A stretch of DNA of 49,161 bases from Octopus sinensis (Eukaryota): NCBI RefSeq assembly GCF_006345805.1, contig NW_021834374.1, positions 1 to 49,161 on the forward strand. Reading direction: 5' to 3'. The notes under the pieces were generated by a model. The model was not told the DNA's origin, did not search any database, and worked only from the letters and a program-made list of their open reading frames with translations. Each line of letters begins with the position of its first letter. Position 1 is the first letter of the stretch. Below, in pieces: positions 26,540 to 37,950 of this stretch. The translations under genes and the position numbers were made by a program.

Positions 26540-27065
26540 AAAATACTAGATTCAAGCACAAAACACAAGACTCAAACGTAATACACTTGGCTCAATTATA
26601 AGGCAAAAACTCCAAATATCATATCATCACACTCAACTATAAAAGACGAGGCTCATCAATAAAATATGAGATTTATTTATAAAATATCCGGTTCAACGAT
26701 AAAGTACCAGGCTCAACTAAAAATATTGAACTCAACCATAAAAAATTAGGCACAAATATATAATTATTTAATTCAAATATAAAATTAAGTGTATTAAATC
26801 CAAAATATAAGAACAAGGGGCATAAATGTAAAGCTTAAATCTCAAATATGAAACACCAGTTTTATCCATAAGACGCTCAGTTCAAATATAGAATATCAGT
26901 CTGAAATATAAAAACATCATTCACAAAATATTAAAATGCCAGGCTCAAATATTGATCACAAATATAAAGCATCAGTCTCAAATACAAAACAAAATTATTT
27001 CAAATATGAAACACCATGCTTACATATATGAAACATCAAATTGAAACATAAAAACAAGACGCTTG
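26540..27065. repeat. Cryptic degenerate ~20-bp minisatellite (consensus near ggctcaaatataaaacacca)
   Basis: ctcaa/tcaaat motifs recur at ~19-21 bp spacing, e.g. 26712, 26731, 26751, 26773. Confidence 0.65.
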
Positions 27066-27286
27066 AATACAATAGGAGTACACAAGGATCATGCTTAGGT
27101 CCTGTCAACAACTAAATGAATAGACTCAATACTTAAAACGAAACAAAAAGAAAAAACAAAGCGGAAGAATAAAAAAAACATTACAAATTTATTTATATCT
27201 GCAATGTAAAAAACCCCTCTAATTTGTGACACTTCGTGTTTTATGAAGAGATGAGAGTACTGAGATTATTTATAAGAACCGTATTT

Positions 27287-27324
27287 ATTATCTGATGAAG
27301 AGTTTTTGCTCGAAACATCATTAT
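27287..27324 (+). ncRNA. Minimal type-I hammerhead ribozyme motif, probably inactivated
   Basis: attat CTGATGA A GAGT tttt GCTC GAAAC ATC attat: canonical core, 4-bp stem II (one G.U), GAAAC-NUH with ATC instead of GTC, weak stem I. Confidence 0.6.
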
Positions 27325-27605
27325 TCCCAACTTCTCATGCAAGGCGACCTTATCTAACTTAGTGAACTTTATTATTGACTGATTTTTGTTGGCGCTAGTT
27401 CACTTGGTCTCTGGATTACGTTTGTGTAGCATTTAGAATTATTACAGGTAAGATACATCATGCATACAATCTATTAATTTCAGCGATGGTGCTCGGTTTT
27501 AACATCTGCAGTAAAATAACTGAGGACGAAATTCGAATTGAAAGAACAAAGAAATACATCGATAAATAGCAATGTTCAAAGATGATGATGATAATAACAA
27601 TAATA

Positions 27606-27936
27606 GCAAGAGTGCTTAGAGAGTGAAAACCTCCGTCAAGGCAACACCAATGTCCACTCAACGATTAGCCGGAGATAATTTTTAAGATGAAAATATTTGA
27701 TTTAAACTCGACTGCTCTCACAAACGAGAATACTCAAAAGTTAAGTAAAAAAAAACGGAAAATAATCCAGAATCATCGTCCGGTACCGGATCGATTCCAA
27801 AATCTAATCACTTTGTCCCAGTCACGAGGAAAAACATCCCTGAAAGTTTCATTCGAATCCATCAAGCGGTTCTTGAGATATCTTGTCCATACACAAACAA
27901 ACAAACACACGAATGAAAACAAGCGGAGGTGATAAT
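27606..27936 (+). mobile_element. Non-autonomous Helentron/HINE-like element 'H'
   Basis: Starts caagagtgcttagagag; subterminal inverted repeat aacctccgtc (27628) / gcggaggt (27923); 3' (caaa)n tract; homologous to 28867-29162. Confidence 0.6.
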
Positions 27937-28345
27937 CCTTTCTACAAGAGGCACAAGGCCTAAAATTTGAGGCGGCGATAAGTCCATCACATTGACCCCA
28001 GTATTCAACTGGTACCTATTTTATCGACTCCGAAAGGATGAAAGGCATAGTCGACGTCGGCGGTATTTGAACTCAGAACTGCCGCTAAGAATTTTGCCCG
28101 GTGCGCTAACGATTCTGCCAGCTCACCGCCTCAATAATAAGGATAATAATATTCCTTTCTGCTATAGTCACAAGGCCTGAAATTTTGAAGAGAGGACTAG
28201 ACAATTACATAGATCTCAGTGTTTTACTGGAACTTAGTTTATCGACCGTAAAACGAGGAAATGCAAAGTCGACCTTGGCGAAATTTAAACGTAGCGACGG
28301 ACGAAATACCGCAAAACATTTTTCCAACGAGGTAACATTTTTGCA
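27937..28345 (-). mobile_element. Two tandem SINE-A copies
   Basis: aatcctttctacaagaggcacaaggcc...ctgccagctcaccgcc and ttcctttctgctatagtcacaaggcc...gacgaaataccgc. Confidence 0.8.
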
Positions 28346-28372
28346 AACTCGGCACTTTACTCTTTTACGCTT

Positions 28373-28417
<45 letters not shown>

Positions 28418-28438
28418 TAATAATAATAATAATACAAT

Positions 28439-28701
28439 GGAAACCCAAAAATGGCAAAAATTCAAAAGATAATGCTCATGGGAACTGCTCATATCCTACG
28501 CAAAATACTTTCTATGTAATCTCAAGTTTTACAACAAACACATAATTCTCTTATGATTTCTTAAACATTCTCTAGAACAACACAACCTATAAAACCAAAT
28601 ATAAGGCACGCTAGGCATAACACCAACATGAACTTCCAACTTGTTTGTCTTTTGAGGTCTCTGAGTGAGACTTGGACCCAACTTGTACAAATGCAAAGAA
28701 A

Positions 28702-28705
<4 letters not shown>
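28439..28705 (+). mobile_element. 3' end of an R4/Dong-like (RLE) non-LTR retrotransposon with (AAT)n tail
   Basis: GNPKMAKIQKIMLMGTAHILRKILSM* (28439-28519) matches the QKxxLxGTAHILRKxL C-terminus; 3'UTR ends gaggtctctg.gtgagacttgga then (AAT)n. Confidence 0.8.
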
Positions 28706-28774
<69 letters not shown>

Positions 28775-28866
28775 TAATAATAATAATAATAATAGCGCTC
28801 AGAGAGCTTAACAGTCCATCATGTCAAAGAAGACGAAGAGAATGCTGAAGAAAGAAAACAAGTTTT

Positions 28867-29162
28867 AACAAGAGCACTCAGAGAGCGCTAACCTCCGCCA
28901 ACGCAGCACCAACGACCTGTCGACAATTAGACGGAGATGATTTTTAAAATAAGAATATCTGAAATAAACTCTACTGCTCTCACAAATGACAATACTAAAA
29001 ATGAACCCGACCGTTCTCAAAAGTTAAGTAAAAAAAAAAAACGGAAAAATAATCCAGAATCTTTATCCTCTACCGGATCGATCTCAAAATCTAATCTGTT
29101 CATGACAGTCAACAGACCAAAAATCCCTGAAAGTTTCCTCTGAACCTATACAGCAGTTCTTG
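28867..29162 (+). mobile_element. Element 'H', second copy, interrupted at 3' end by SINE-A
   Basis: aacaagagcactcagagagcgctaacctccgcc...aaaagttaagtaaaaaaaa.cggaaaa.taatccagaatc...ccctgaaagtttc. Confidence 0.65.
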
Positions 29163-29505
29163 AAAGGTGGCGAGCTGGCAGGAACGTTAGCGCGCCGGGC
29201 AAAGTGCTTAGCGGTATTTCGTCTGCGTTACGTTGTGAGTTCAAATTCCGCCGAAGTCGACTTTGCCTTTCATTCTTTCGGGGTCGATAAATTAAGTACC
29301 AGTTACGCACTGGGGTCGATGTAATCGACTTAATACCTATGTCTGTCCTTGTTTGTCCGCTCTGTGTTTAGCCCCTTGTGGGTAATAAAGAAATAAGTAT
29401 TTCGTCTGCCGCTAAGTTCTGAGTTCAAATTCCGCCGAGGTCGACTTTGCCTTTTATCCTTTCTGGGTTTATTAAATAAGTACCAGTTAGGCACCGGGGT
29501 CGATG
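29163..29505 (+). mobile_element. Dimeric SINE-A (headed unit plus head-less unit)
   Basis: gtatttcgtctg at 29214 and 29397 (183-bp spacing). Confidence 0.9.
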
Positions 29506-29506
29506 T

Positions 29507-29808
29507 TGAATGAAACACCCATGCACCCATGTTTCCAGAGGGGATTTTATTGAAACCCCAAAGTATCCCTCTCAATACATGGCTATGATTGTCCCCCACC
29601 ACTTCTGCTCGTGATCAGAGATGCACATATCGTCAGCCACTAAGGGACATGCTCAACTGGTTAAGGTCAAACAACTGACAAGCGAATCTGTGGTATTGAG
29701 CAGAATATTTGCTGTAGCCCATCTTTTATACGAAGACAAAACAATGTACATAATAACACTTCCAATCAGTTAAGATCAGAAGCCATGAGAGCCACTGCCT
29801 GGTACTGT
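29507..29808 (-). repeat. Interspersed repeat 'K', longest copy
   Basis: Homologous to 448-612 and 47046-47324; followed by (ATT/ATC)n. Confidence 0.85.
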
Positions 29809-29882
29809 TATTATCATTATTATTATCATTATTATTATTATTATTTTTATTATTATTATTATCATCATCATCATCATCATCG

Positions 29883-29913
<31 letters not shown>

Positions 29914-29951
29914 TATTATTATCATTATTATTATTATTATTGTTATTATTA

Positions 29952-30000
<49 letters not shown>

Positions 30001-30259
30001 TATTATTATTATTAATATTATATTTACTTGATCGGAATCAGAGATTTTAAAACTTTCTGTTACTTGCATTTTATTTCTGTTATTTACAATTTTCAGTCTA
30101 TCTGAAAACGTTGCGCAAGACTCTGGTGGCGTTGGCAAATCCGTGGCAGTGATAGCAGTGGTGGTCGTGGGTGTGGTGGTGGTGGTGGTGGTGGTGGTGG
30201 TTGTGGTAGTGATCGCGGTGGTGTTGATTTCGAAGTGTTTCCAACATTTAGCTTCTTTC

Positions 30260-30260
30260 T

Positions 30261-30292
<32 letters not shown>

Positions 30293-31400
30293 CGTTTATG
30301 TATGTATGTATGTATGTATGTATGTATGTATGTATGTATGTTGTTATGTATGTATGTATGTATGTATGATATGTATGTATATGTATGTATGTATGTGTGT
30401 ATGTATGTATGTATGTATGTATGTATGTATGATGTGTGTATGTATGTGTGTATGTAGTAGGTTGTATGTATGTTAGGTATGTATGTATGTGTGTATGTAT
30501 GTATGTATGTGTTTATGTGTGGATGTATGTATGTATGTATGTATGTATGTATTGTGTAGTGTGTGTGTATGTATGTGTGTATGTATGTATGTAGTATGTA
30601 TGTATGTATGTGTGTATGTATGTATGTGTGTATGTTGTAGTATGTGTGTATGTATGTATGTCGTGTGTATGTATGTATGTATGTATGTATGTATGGTGTA
30701 TGTATGTAGTGTGTATGTATGTATGTATGTATGTGTGTAGTGTGTGTATGTATGTATGTGTGTAGGTATGTATGTTTCATGTATGTATGTTATGTATGTA
30801 TGTGTGTATGTATGTAGGTATTATGTATGTATGTATGTGTGTATGTGTTATGTATGTATGTGTGTATGTATGTATGTATGTATGTGTGTAGTGTGGTATG
30901 TATGTAGGTGTGTATGTATGTATGTATGTATGTATGTATGTATGTATGCATGCATGTATGTGTGTATGTATGTATGTATGTATGTGTTATTTATGTATTA
31001 TGTGGTTATGTATGTATGTATGTATGTGTGTATGTATGTATGTAGTATGTATGTATGTATGTATTATGTGTTATGTGGTGTATGTATGTGTGTATTGTAT
31101 GTATATGTATGTATGTGGTGTATGTGTGTATGTATGTAGTGTGTGTGTATGTATGATGTAGGTATGTATGTATGTATGTTGTATGTGTGGATGTAGTGTA
31201 TTATGTATGTAATGTATGTATGGTGTGTATGTGTGTAATTATGTATGTGTGTATGTATGTATGTATGTATGTATGTAGTATGTAGTATGTATGTATGTGT
31301 ATGGTGTATGTGTGTAGGTATGTATGTGTGTATGTATGTATGTATGTATGTATGTATGTATGTATGTATGGATGTGTATGTATGTATGTGTGTTGTAGTA
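30260..31400. repeat. Long (TG)n/(TATG)n array
   Basis: Directly visible, about 1.1 kb, many single-base interruptions. Confidence 0.95.
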
Positions 31401-31584
31401 GTATTAGGCTTTCGTCAGCAAAATTTAATCATCATTACTGGGCGATATCTGAAAGATATCTCCTTTTTTCAAGTATTACATCACAGGAATACAAAAGGTA
31501 AAATTTATTCACATTTTCACAATCTTTCTTCAAACACCGTTCTAATATAAATACCTAGCAATACTAATGACCACCAGACTCTGA

Positions 31585-31615
<31 letters not shown>

Positions 31616-31700
31616 TCTGTGTGTGTTTGTCTGTGTGTCTGTGTGTATGTATACAGGCGTGTATGAATGTCTATGCGTTTAAGTATATTTATGTATATAT

Positions 31701-31736
<36 letters not shown>

Positions 31737-31964
31737 CGTATATGTATAGCATATGTATATATACGTACATACAAATCTATATATAATAATATATATAATA
31801 TATATATATAGGTGTATTCGTACATTTATATGTGCATATATGTATGTATATATGTGTGTGTATGTATGATCTAAATATGTAATAAAATATATAATATTAT
31901 ATATATATATTATAAATATATATATAATATAATATATTTATATATATAAATATATATATATAAT

Positions 31965-31996
<32 letters not shown>

Positions 31997-32454
31997 GGGT
32001 GTTGTGTGTGTGTGTGTGTGTATGGTGTGTGTGTGTGTAAGCTCACAAAATCACAATATACAAGCCTGTCTCTCCATTCTTAAACTCTTCCGCTTCTTCC
32101 TCCTTACTCTTGCCTCTCATCCGTCTTTTCACTTCGATTGACGAATACAAACAAACAAACAAATAAATGAAGCTCGTTAGATCACGGTTAATGTTTCGGG
32201 CGATTCTAGCAATCCTTACAATGTGATTTAATGATTTTTTTGTTGTTCTTTAATTATGATAGTCTGTATATTTACGATAACAGTCACATTTCACCCAAAT
32301 ATATATATATATATATGTGTGTGTGTGGTGTGTCTGTGTGTATAGGTATGTATTATGTCTGTATTTGTATGTATATATATATATACATAAATATATATAC
32401 ATATATATGTATGAATGTATGTACGCATGTATATGTGTGTATATGTATATGTTG

Positions 32455-32630
32455 TACCGTGAATCCCGACACAAATTTTTCTGTCCTTTTTCTTTTTCAT
32501 TCACTCTCCATCTTTTTCCTCACAATCCTTTCTGAAGAGCGTAGGCTCGAAACGTCAAAGACTTTTCCATTCTTCCCGAACGTCAAACTCATACTTTTGC
32601 TTGTTGTTCCTACATCTGTCTTTCATTTGA
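32455..32630 (+). mobile_element. Repeat 'G' carrying a hammerhead motif
   Basis: Homologous to 13624-13790 inverted (gaagagcgtaggctcgaa, aaaga.tt, aaact.ata, ttgttgtt). Confidence 0.7.
32528..32560 (+). ncRNA. Minimal type-I hammerhead ribozyme motif
   Basis: cttt CTGAAGA GCGTAGGCTC GAAAC GTC aaag: canonical CUGANGA and GAAAC, palindromic ACGT stem III, 4-bp stem I cttt/aaag, predicted cleavage after C32556. Stem II is only 1 bp in the canonical register. Confidence 0.65.
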
Positions 32631-32809
32631 ACTAGATCTGTGTGTGTTTTGTATGTGTGTGTATGTGTGTGTGTGTGTATGTGTATGTTAATATATATAT
32701 ATATGTTTGTGTGTGTGTGTATGTGTAAAGACTTTTCCATTCTCCCTGCGCGTTAATTCAGTCTCAGCTTATCACAGTTTGACTAATTGTCTTCCATTAC
32801 ATATGACAC

Positions 32810-32886
32810 AAGCTTTGTGAGTGGACTTGGTAGGCGGAAACTGAAAGAAGCCTGTCGTATATACATCTATATACGTATGTGTATGC

Positions 32887-32924
<38 letters not shown>

Positions 32925-33150
32925 CATACATATACATATATAATCTGGGTGTATATATGAATCTGTGTTTACGTCTATCCCTACCATTTGATGACCGGTG
33001 CTGGTTTGTTTACGCCTCGTAACATAGTAGTCAGACAAAAGAGCCCGATAGAATAGGAAGAAAATAACTTTTGTCGATTTGTCAAACTAGAACCCTTCAA
33101 AGCTCAGCTCCACAATGGCCGCACTCCAATGACTGAAACGGATACAAGAT
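32810..33150 (+). mobile_element. SINE-B, 5' truncated
   Basis: aagctttgtgagtggacttggtaggcggaaactgaaagaagcc...aatggccgcactccaatgactgaaac. Confidence 0.75.
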
Positions 33151-33534
33151 ATAGAGAAAGAGGGTGTGGAGAAGAGAGTATGTATGCATGAGAGTGTATC
33201 TATGCGATAGAGAGAGAGCGATAGAGAAAGAGAGCAAGTTTTGAGTATTATCACTCGCAATGTGAGTGCTCAATACATGATTTAGAGTGCAAATTTTATT
33301 ATTATATACTAGTTACTGTTAACGAATGACTCATGACTTATGTGTCTATAGCAAGTAGTTTGTGAATACCAGTCATCATTTATTTTGGGATGCAAAATAT
33401 ATAAAACAATAGATTTGCTTTTGTAATGTCTATTTCCGTTTGAAAATTTGTGCAGGTCTCGATAGCTTTCATTTGTATTAGATCAAGTATCACTCTCATG
33501 TAAGTTATTTTTAATCTTAATATGCTTTCATAAT

Positions 33535-33735
33535 ATTGGCTTAAAATTTTGGTGCAAGCCCAGCAATTTCAAGGAAGGGGATGAGTCGATTACATCAACC
33601 TCAGTGCTCAACCGGTACTTATCTTATCGACCCCCGACAGGAAAAAAAGGCAAAGTCAACCTCGGTGGAATTTGAACTCAGAATATAAATACGGACAAAA
33701 TGCCGCTAAAATTTTTACCAGCTCGTCGCCTTATG
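33535..33735 (-). mobile_element. SINE-A
   Basis: ggcaaagtcaacctcggtggaatttgaactcagaa...ccagctcgtcgcctta. Confidence 0.75.
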
Positions 33736-33799
33736 TGTTCATAATATCTTCTGCATGTTAACATCAAATTAATTTATAATACGAGCAGAGTGATGTAAG

Positions 33800-34480
33800 A
33801 CCTGTTCGTTTCGAGTAGGCTTGTGTATTTCTATTTTCCAAAAAGTGATTTTCTTAAATGGCTACATTTATTGAAAATATCAGATCTGATTTTAAATTTT
33901 TCTTTTCTCTTATTTTAAATTTCTTAGATTAAAGAACCTGAAAATCCGTTTAAGATCTAAAAACCTGCATCTTTCCTGAATTTTTCAGTGGAAGCCGAAA
34001 TGAATTCCACAGTCTTTCAGTCACCAAATGTATTAACATAAATCGGTGAGAATTCTTTTCTCTATTTTGTGAAGAGATGAAACTGAAATAACGATATTTG
34101 AAGCACCTTCTGCCATTCCAATATAATATTTGTCGCTCGCATCAAGATTTAGTTCGGTGATGAGCTCGGCTTTGTAGATATTTGCTACAGCGTTGTGGAC
34201 CTAAGTGTAAGGGCATACCTCTTTGTTTTTGCAAGAACAGTTTATCTCTGTTGGTTTGGCGGTGTTTATTTTAATTATAATTTTCATGTTTGATGTAGAA
34301 CTATAATTTAATTTCAATGTCTTATTGAATAATTATCTATAATGGTGGCTTGAAGAGAAATACTTACTAATGAAGCCCAAGAAACGTTTATCTAGATTAG
34401 ATAGATAAAACTATTTTCAGACATCTCTAGTTGTTAGGAATGCCCGGAAGTTAGAAGTGTAATAGATTTTCTGTTGATGA
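33800..34480 (-). mobile_element. Penelope-like element C-terminal relic with GIY-YIG endonuclease (Penelope/Poseidon-like)
   Basis: Minus strand with shifts: NLDKRFLGFISKYFSSSHHYR*LFNK.LKLNYSSTSNMKIII, NCSCKNKEVCP, IYKA (34168-34179), YYIGMAEG (YYIG 34117-34128), FKYRY, TDLC*YIW*LKD, RSDIFNKCSH, stop at 33831. This follows the CxCxxxxxCP..VYKA..YIG..FKxRY..LSKYIWxLK..RSExxxKCRH order. Confidence 0.85.
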
Positions 34481-34852
34481 ACACTTGTTCTTAGTATTTT
34501 GGTATAATAAAGGGCAGCTAAAATTCATTATAATTTTTCTGTAAATATACGTTAACAAGCTAGGACAAGAATCCTTGTTCACACGAATACTTAACTACGT
34601 TTAATTTGACTGTAACTTGTAGAAGTTAAAAATTGTTGCCTGTGGATAAAGTTATTTTAACGAGAAATTACTGATTAAATAGTTCTGAGATCATTTTAGT
34701 GCCTGATTTAGAAGACTAAGATAGCGTTAAGCCATAATCTCAGCAGAGACTTCTATCGGTTCACTCCTTTCTAGAGACGGAACTCTTCATCGTTCGATTC
34801 ATAACATCATTTTCGCATTTGTTCGGTTATCTTCAAAACCAGCTTATAATAG

Positions 34853-35234
34853 ACTAGCAGTATCGCCCGGCTTGCTCAGGTTTGTAAGGGAAATAACTAA
34901 AAAGCATTTTTAGAGAGTTTAGCCAAAAAATAGCAAAAATCGGGGAAAAAAAATGATGGTAAATTTTTTTTTGAGAGTTAAAAAAAGGTTGAGTTGCGTC
35001 CCCTAGACAGTCTGTGGTATTTTTTTGATTCTCGACCCCATGTCGAATTTATCGATTTTTTTCAGAACTGGGGGAACTTTTCAAAATTTTTCGCTGCGTT
35101 AGTTTTGAATTATGACATTGGGCTATGTGTGTGTCAAGTTTCATAGAATCGGCTGAAAGCGTGGTCAGAGTGAGGGTACAGACAGACACCAGACATAACA
35201 CGCACAGACAAACTGCCGTTATATAGAGAGAGAT
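34853..35234 (+). mobile_element. Non-autonomous Helitron/Helentron-like element (Lep1/DINE-1-like layout)
   Basis: Starts actagcagtatcgcccggc.ttgctc; ends gtcaagtttcat.gaatcgg...(gaca)n...aaactgccgttatatagagagagat. Confidence 0.65.
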
Positions 35235-35396
35235 AACGCATTAATGATGATTTACAATTCAGTGCTGACCGTTGCTGCTTTTTTTTTTTTTTTTTTTTTG
35301 GCTTTCTTCTTGGTTTTTTTCTACAATGTTTTGACGTTAACAACTCAAAAACTAAAGTAATCGTTTGGAACCTTTAAAAATCTTTACATTCACATC

Positions 35397-35861
35397 TCTC
35401 TTTTACTTGTTTCAATCATTTGACTGTGGCCATGCTGGAGCACCGCCTTTTAGTCGAGCAACTCGACCCCAAGACTTATTTTTTTAAATCCTAGTGCTTA
35501 TTCTATCGGTCTGTTTTGCCGAACTGTTAAGTTACGGGGACGTAAATACACTAGCATCGGTTGTCAAGCGATGTTGGGGGGACAAACAGACACACATACA
35601 TACACACACACATACATACACACGCACATACATACATACATATATATATATATATGTATCTGTATGTGTATATATATATATATATATCATATATATATAT
35701 AATATATATATATATACAAATATACGATGGGCTTCTTTCAGTTTCCATCAACCAAATCCACTCACAAGGCTTTGGTTGGCCCGAGGCTGTAGTAGAAGAC
35801 ACCTGCCCAAGGTGCCACGCAGTGGGACTGAACCCAGAACCATGTGGTTCGTAAGCAAGCT
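35397..35861 (-). mobile_element. SINE-B with expanded internal microsatellite
   Basis: Near-complete reverse complement of 46272-46652; head clipped. Confidence 0.9.
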
Positions 35862-36669
35862 ACGCAAACCTTTTCTGTCGTCTCTTCCTCACTCATCTGT
35901 TCTTTTACATTATATTTGTCACAAACAAAAGAACTACAAGTATTGCAACAGTCTACTGTATCCCTTAACAAGAAATTTGAGCTAAGCGATAAAAGAGCGT
36001 GGTCAGAACACAAGCGAAGAGCGTCATTGACGTCGAATTCACTGGCTATGTTCTTAATGATACTGAGTTAAAGAGAAACCGTCTATCTGGTAGCTCGACT
36101 TGCGATAAAGAGCAACTAAATTGGCCTCAAATAACAGACTACTGAGCACATAAGATAATGTAGTTCCGAAAAAACATGAATAAAAGATTAGATGTTTATC
36201 GCTGGAACAACTTTCAACAAATATTGACTTTGTGTTCTTTGACCTCGACCAACAAAACAACTTCTATTGAAACGAGTGTGTCACTGCGTGGTTTTCCACT
36301 GGCTAAATGTTGCAGCCAAATTTCTCTTGAATCATGCTTAACACATCTTGAAAAAGACACGGCATGGTCAAGGCTGAAATGCTTCGATTGTACTTCTTCT
36401 CGCGGTTAGGACTGATGTGGCCGGAACTGCACAAAAGCTACCGACTTATCGAGGGTGCATCAGAGTTATTGCTTGACCTGTTAGAAGTATTAAATTATCT
36501 TCAAGCAATGCAGCTGCGTGGTTTACAACGCCGCTTCCCAACCACCACGTTTCAGTTTCAGTCCTAGTGCGCGGCACCTTGTAAGGAAATTTCATATTCA
36601 GAAACTATACAAAGCCTATTGTATGTGTGTGTGTGAGTGTGTGTTTGTGTGTGCATGAATGTAAGTACA

Positions 36670-36990
36670 GATATGTTTCTTTATTAGCCACACAGGGCTG
36701 CACACAGACAGAACAAATTACAAGGTAGAGCTTTTCTTTTGGGGGTAAAAAAAGGGGGTTGGTTTCGATCAAAGGGATCGTAAAAGGAAAGAAAGAGGAC
36801 AAAAAAGGGGAGGATTTTAAAAAAATGGTTGGGAGAGGAAAAAAAGAAAAGGGGAGAGGAAAAAAAAGTTGATCAATAGGGATCGTAATCACAGAATGTC
36901 AATATGAATTGTAAAGGAGGAACAGGTACGTTTACCCGTGGAAGGAAAAGCCTACGGAAGAGACCACGGTAACCTCGGTCAATGAAGTCC
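36670..36990 (-). mobile_element. Probable LINE 3'UTR fragment 'L' (possibly Tx1/L1-type)
   Basis: Minus strand has a pyrimidine-rich UTR-like tract ending gtggctAATAAAgaaacata; no ORF. Clade assignment is from recollection only. Confidence 0.45.
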
Positions 36991-37115
36991 ATGTTATATT
37001 TCTTTTTTTTTTTTTTTGCAAATAAGCAACTCTCTGTATTAATTTTTACGGTTCATAGAATCATAGTCAAGGTGGCTTCGTCATTCATACGTGCCAGCCA
37101 TCCAAGTACAGATAA

Positions 37116-37187
<72 letters not shown>

Positions 37188-37354
37188 TGATACATACATA
37201 CGTATGTATGCATGCATGTATGTATGTATGAATATGTGTGCGTGTATGTATGTGTATGTGTGTGTCTTTGAGTTCGTGTTTGTCTCTGTTGGTTTCTTTA
37301 TAGCATCGCAACTCAGCCGTTTGTCAAGTAACACTGATAGAATAAACATAGCTA

Positions 37355-37424
37355 AGATAAGGACTGAACCTAGAACCGTGTGGTTGGGAAGCAAGCTTCT
37401 TACCACACAACCACGTCTGCGCCT
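37355..37424 (-). mobile_element. SINE-B head only
   Basis: ggactgaacctagaaccgtgtggttgggaagcaagcttcttaccacacaaccacg.ctgcgcc. Confidence 0.75.
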
Positions 37425-37905
37425 ATATCAGGATATCATCAAGAATTATTCATTAGTTAATTGTTTTCTCTTTCTTTTTAAATTTTTGTCGTTTGTTTTT
37501 TTTGCTTTTTTTTTAGTTGACTTTGTTTTGTTTTTTCCAGATAAACTTCATATTTGTAAAGTTTCGACATTACTATGGTTTCTATTCCTCGGGGTTTGAT
37601 CTATTTAATCAATGCTATTTAGCCATTATGTAATTATGTAATTATATAATTATGCAATTATGCATTTATATATTATGCAATTATGTAAAGAAATAGTAAC
37701 TGAATAGAAAACGCATTTTTAAAAATTTTCATTGTCTGTTTTCAGAAATAAGTTAATTTAATTAGTATTAGTTTGGGTTCAATGATATTTTTTTTTTTTT
37801 CGAAAATTTCAGCCAAAGCTAATAAGTTTTATTTTATTTTAATTTATTTTATTTCATTTTTATTTCATCTTAGTTTCTGTAAATATAGATTCGTTATATA
37901 AATAC

Positions 37906-37950
<45 letters not shown>

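Noticed and set aside
30300-31400. Irregular interruptions of the (TATG)n array as an encoded pattern
   Set aside because: Mostly single-base dropouts, consistent with slippage or residual long-read error.
34365-34390. ctaatgaagcccaagaaacgtt hammerhead-like string
   Set aside because: Antisense of PLE coding sequence, core mutated, no stems.
35870-36500. Unique-looking sequence as transposase or exon
   Set aside because: The frames I translated gave no recognisable motif and contained stops; left unannotated.
37625-37688. 8-bp aattatgy tandem
   Set aside because: Ordinary short degenerate tandem repeat.
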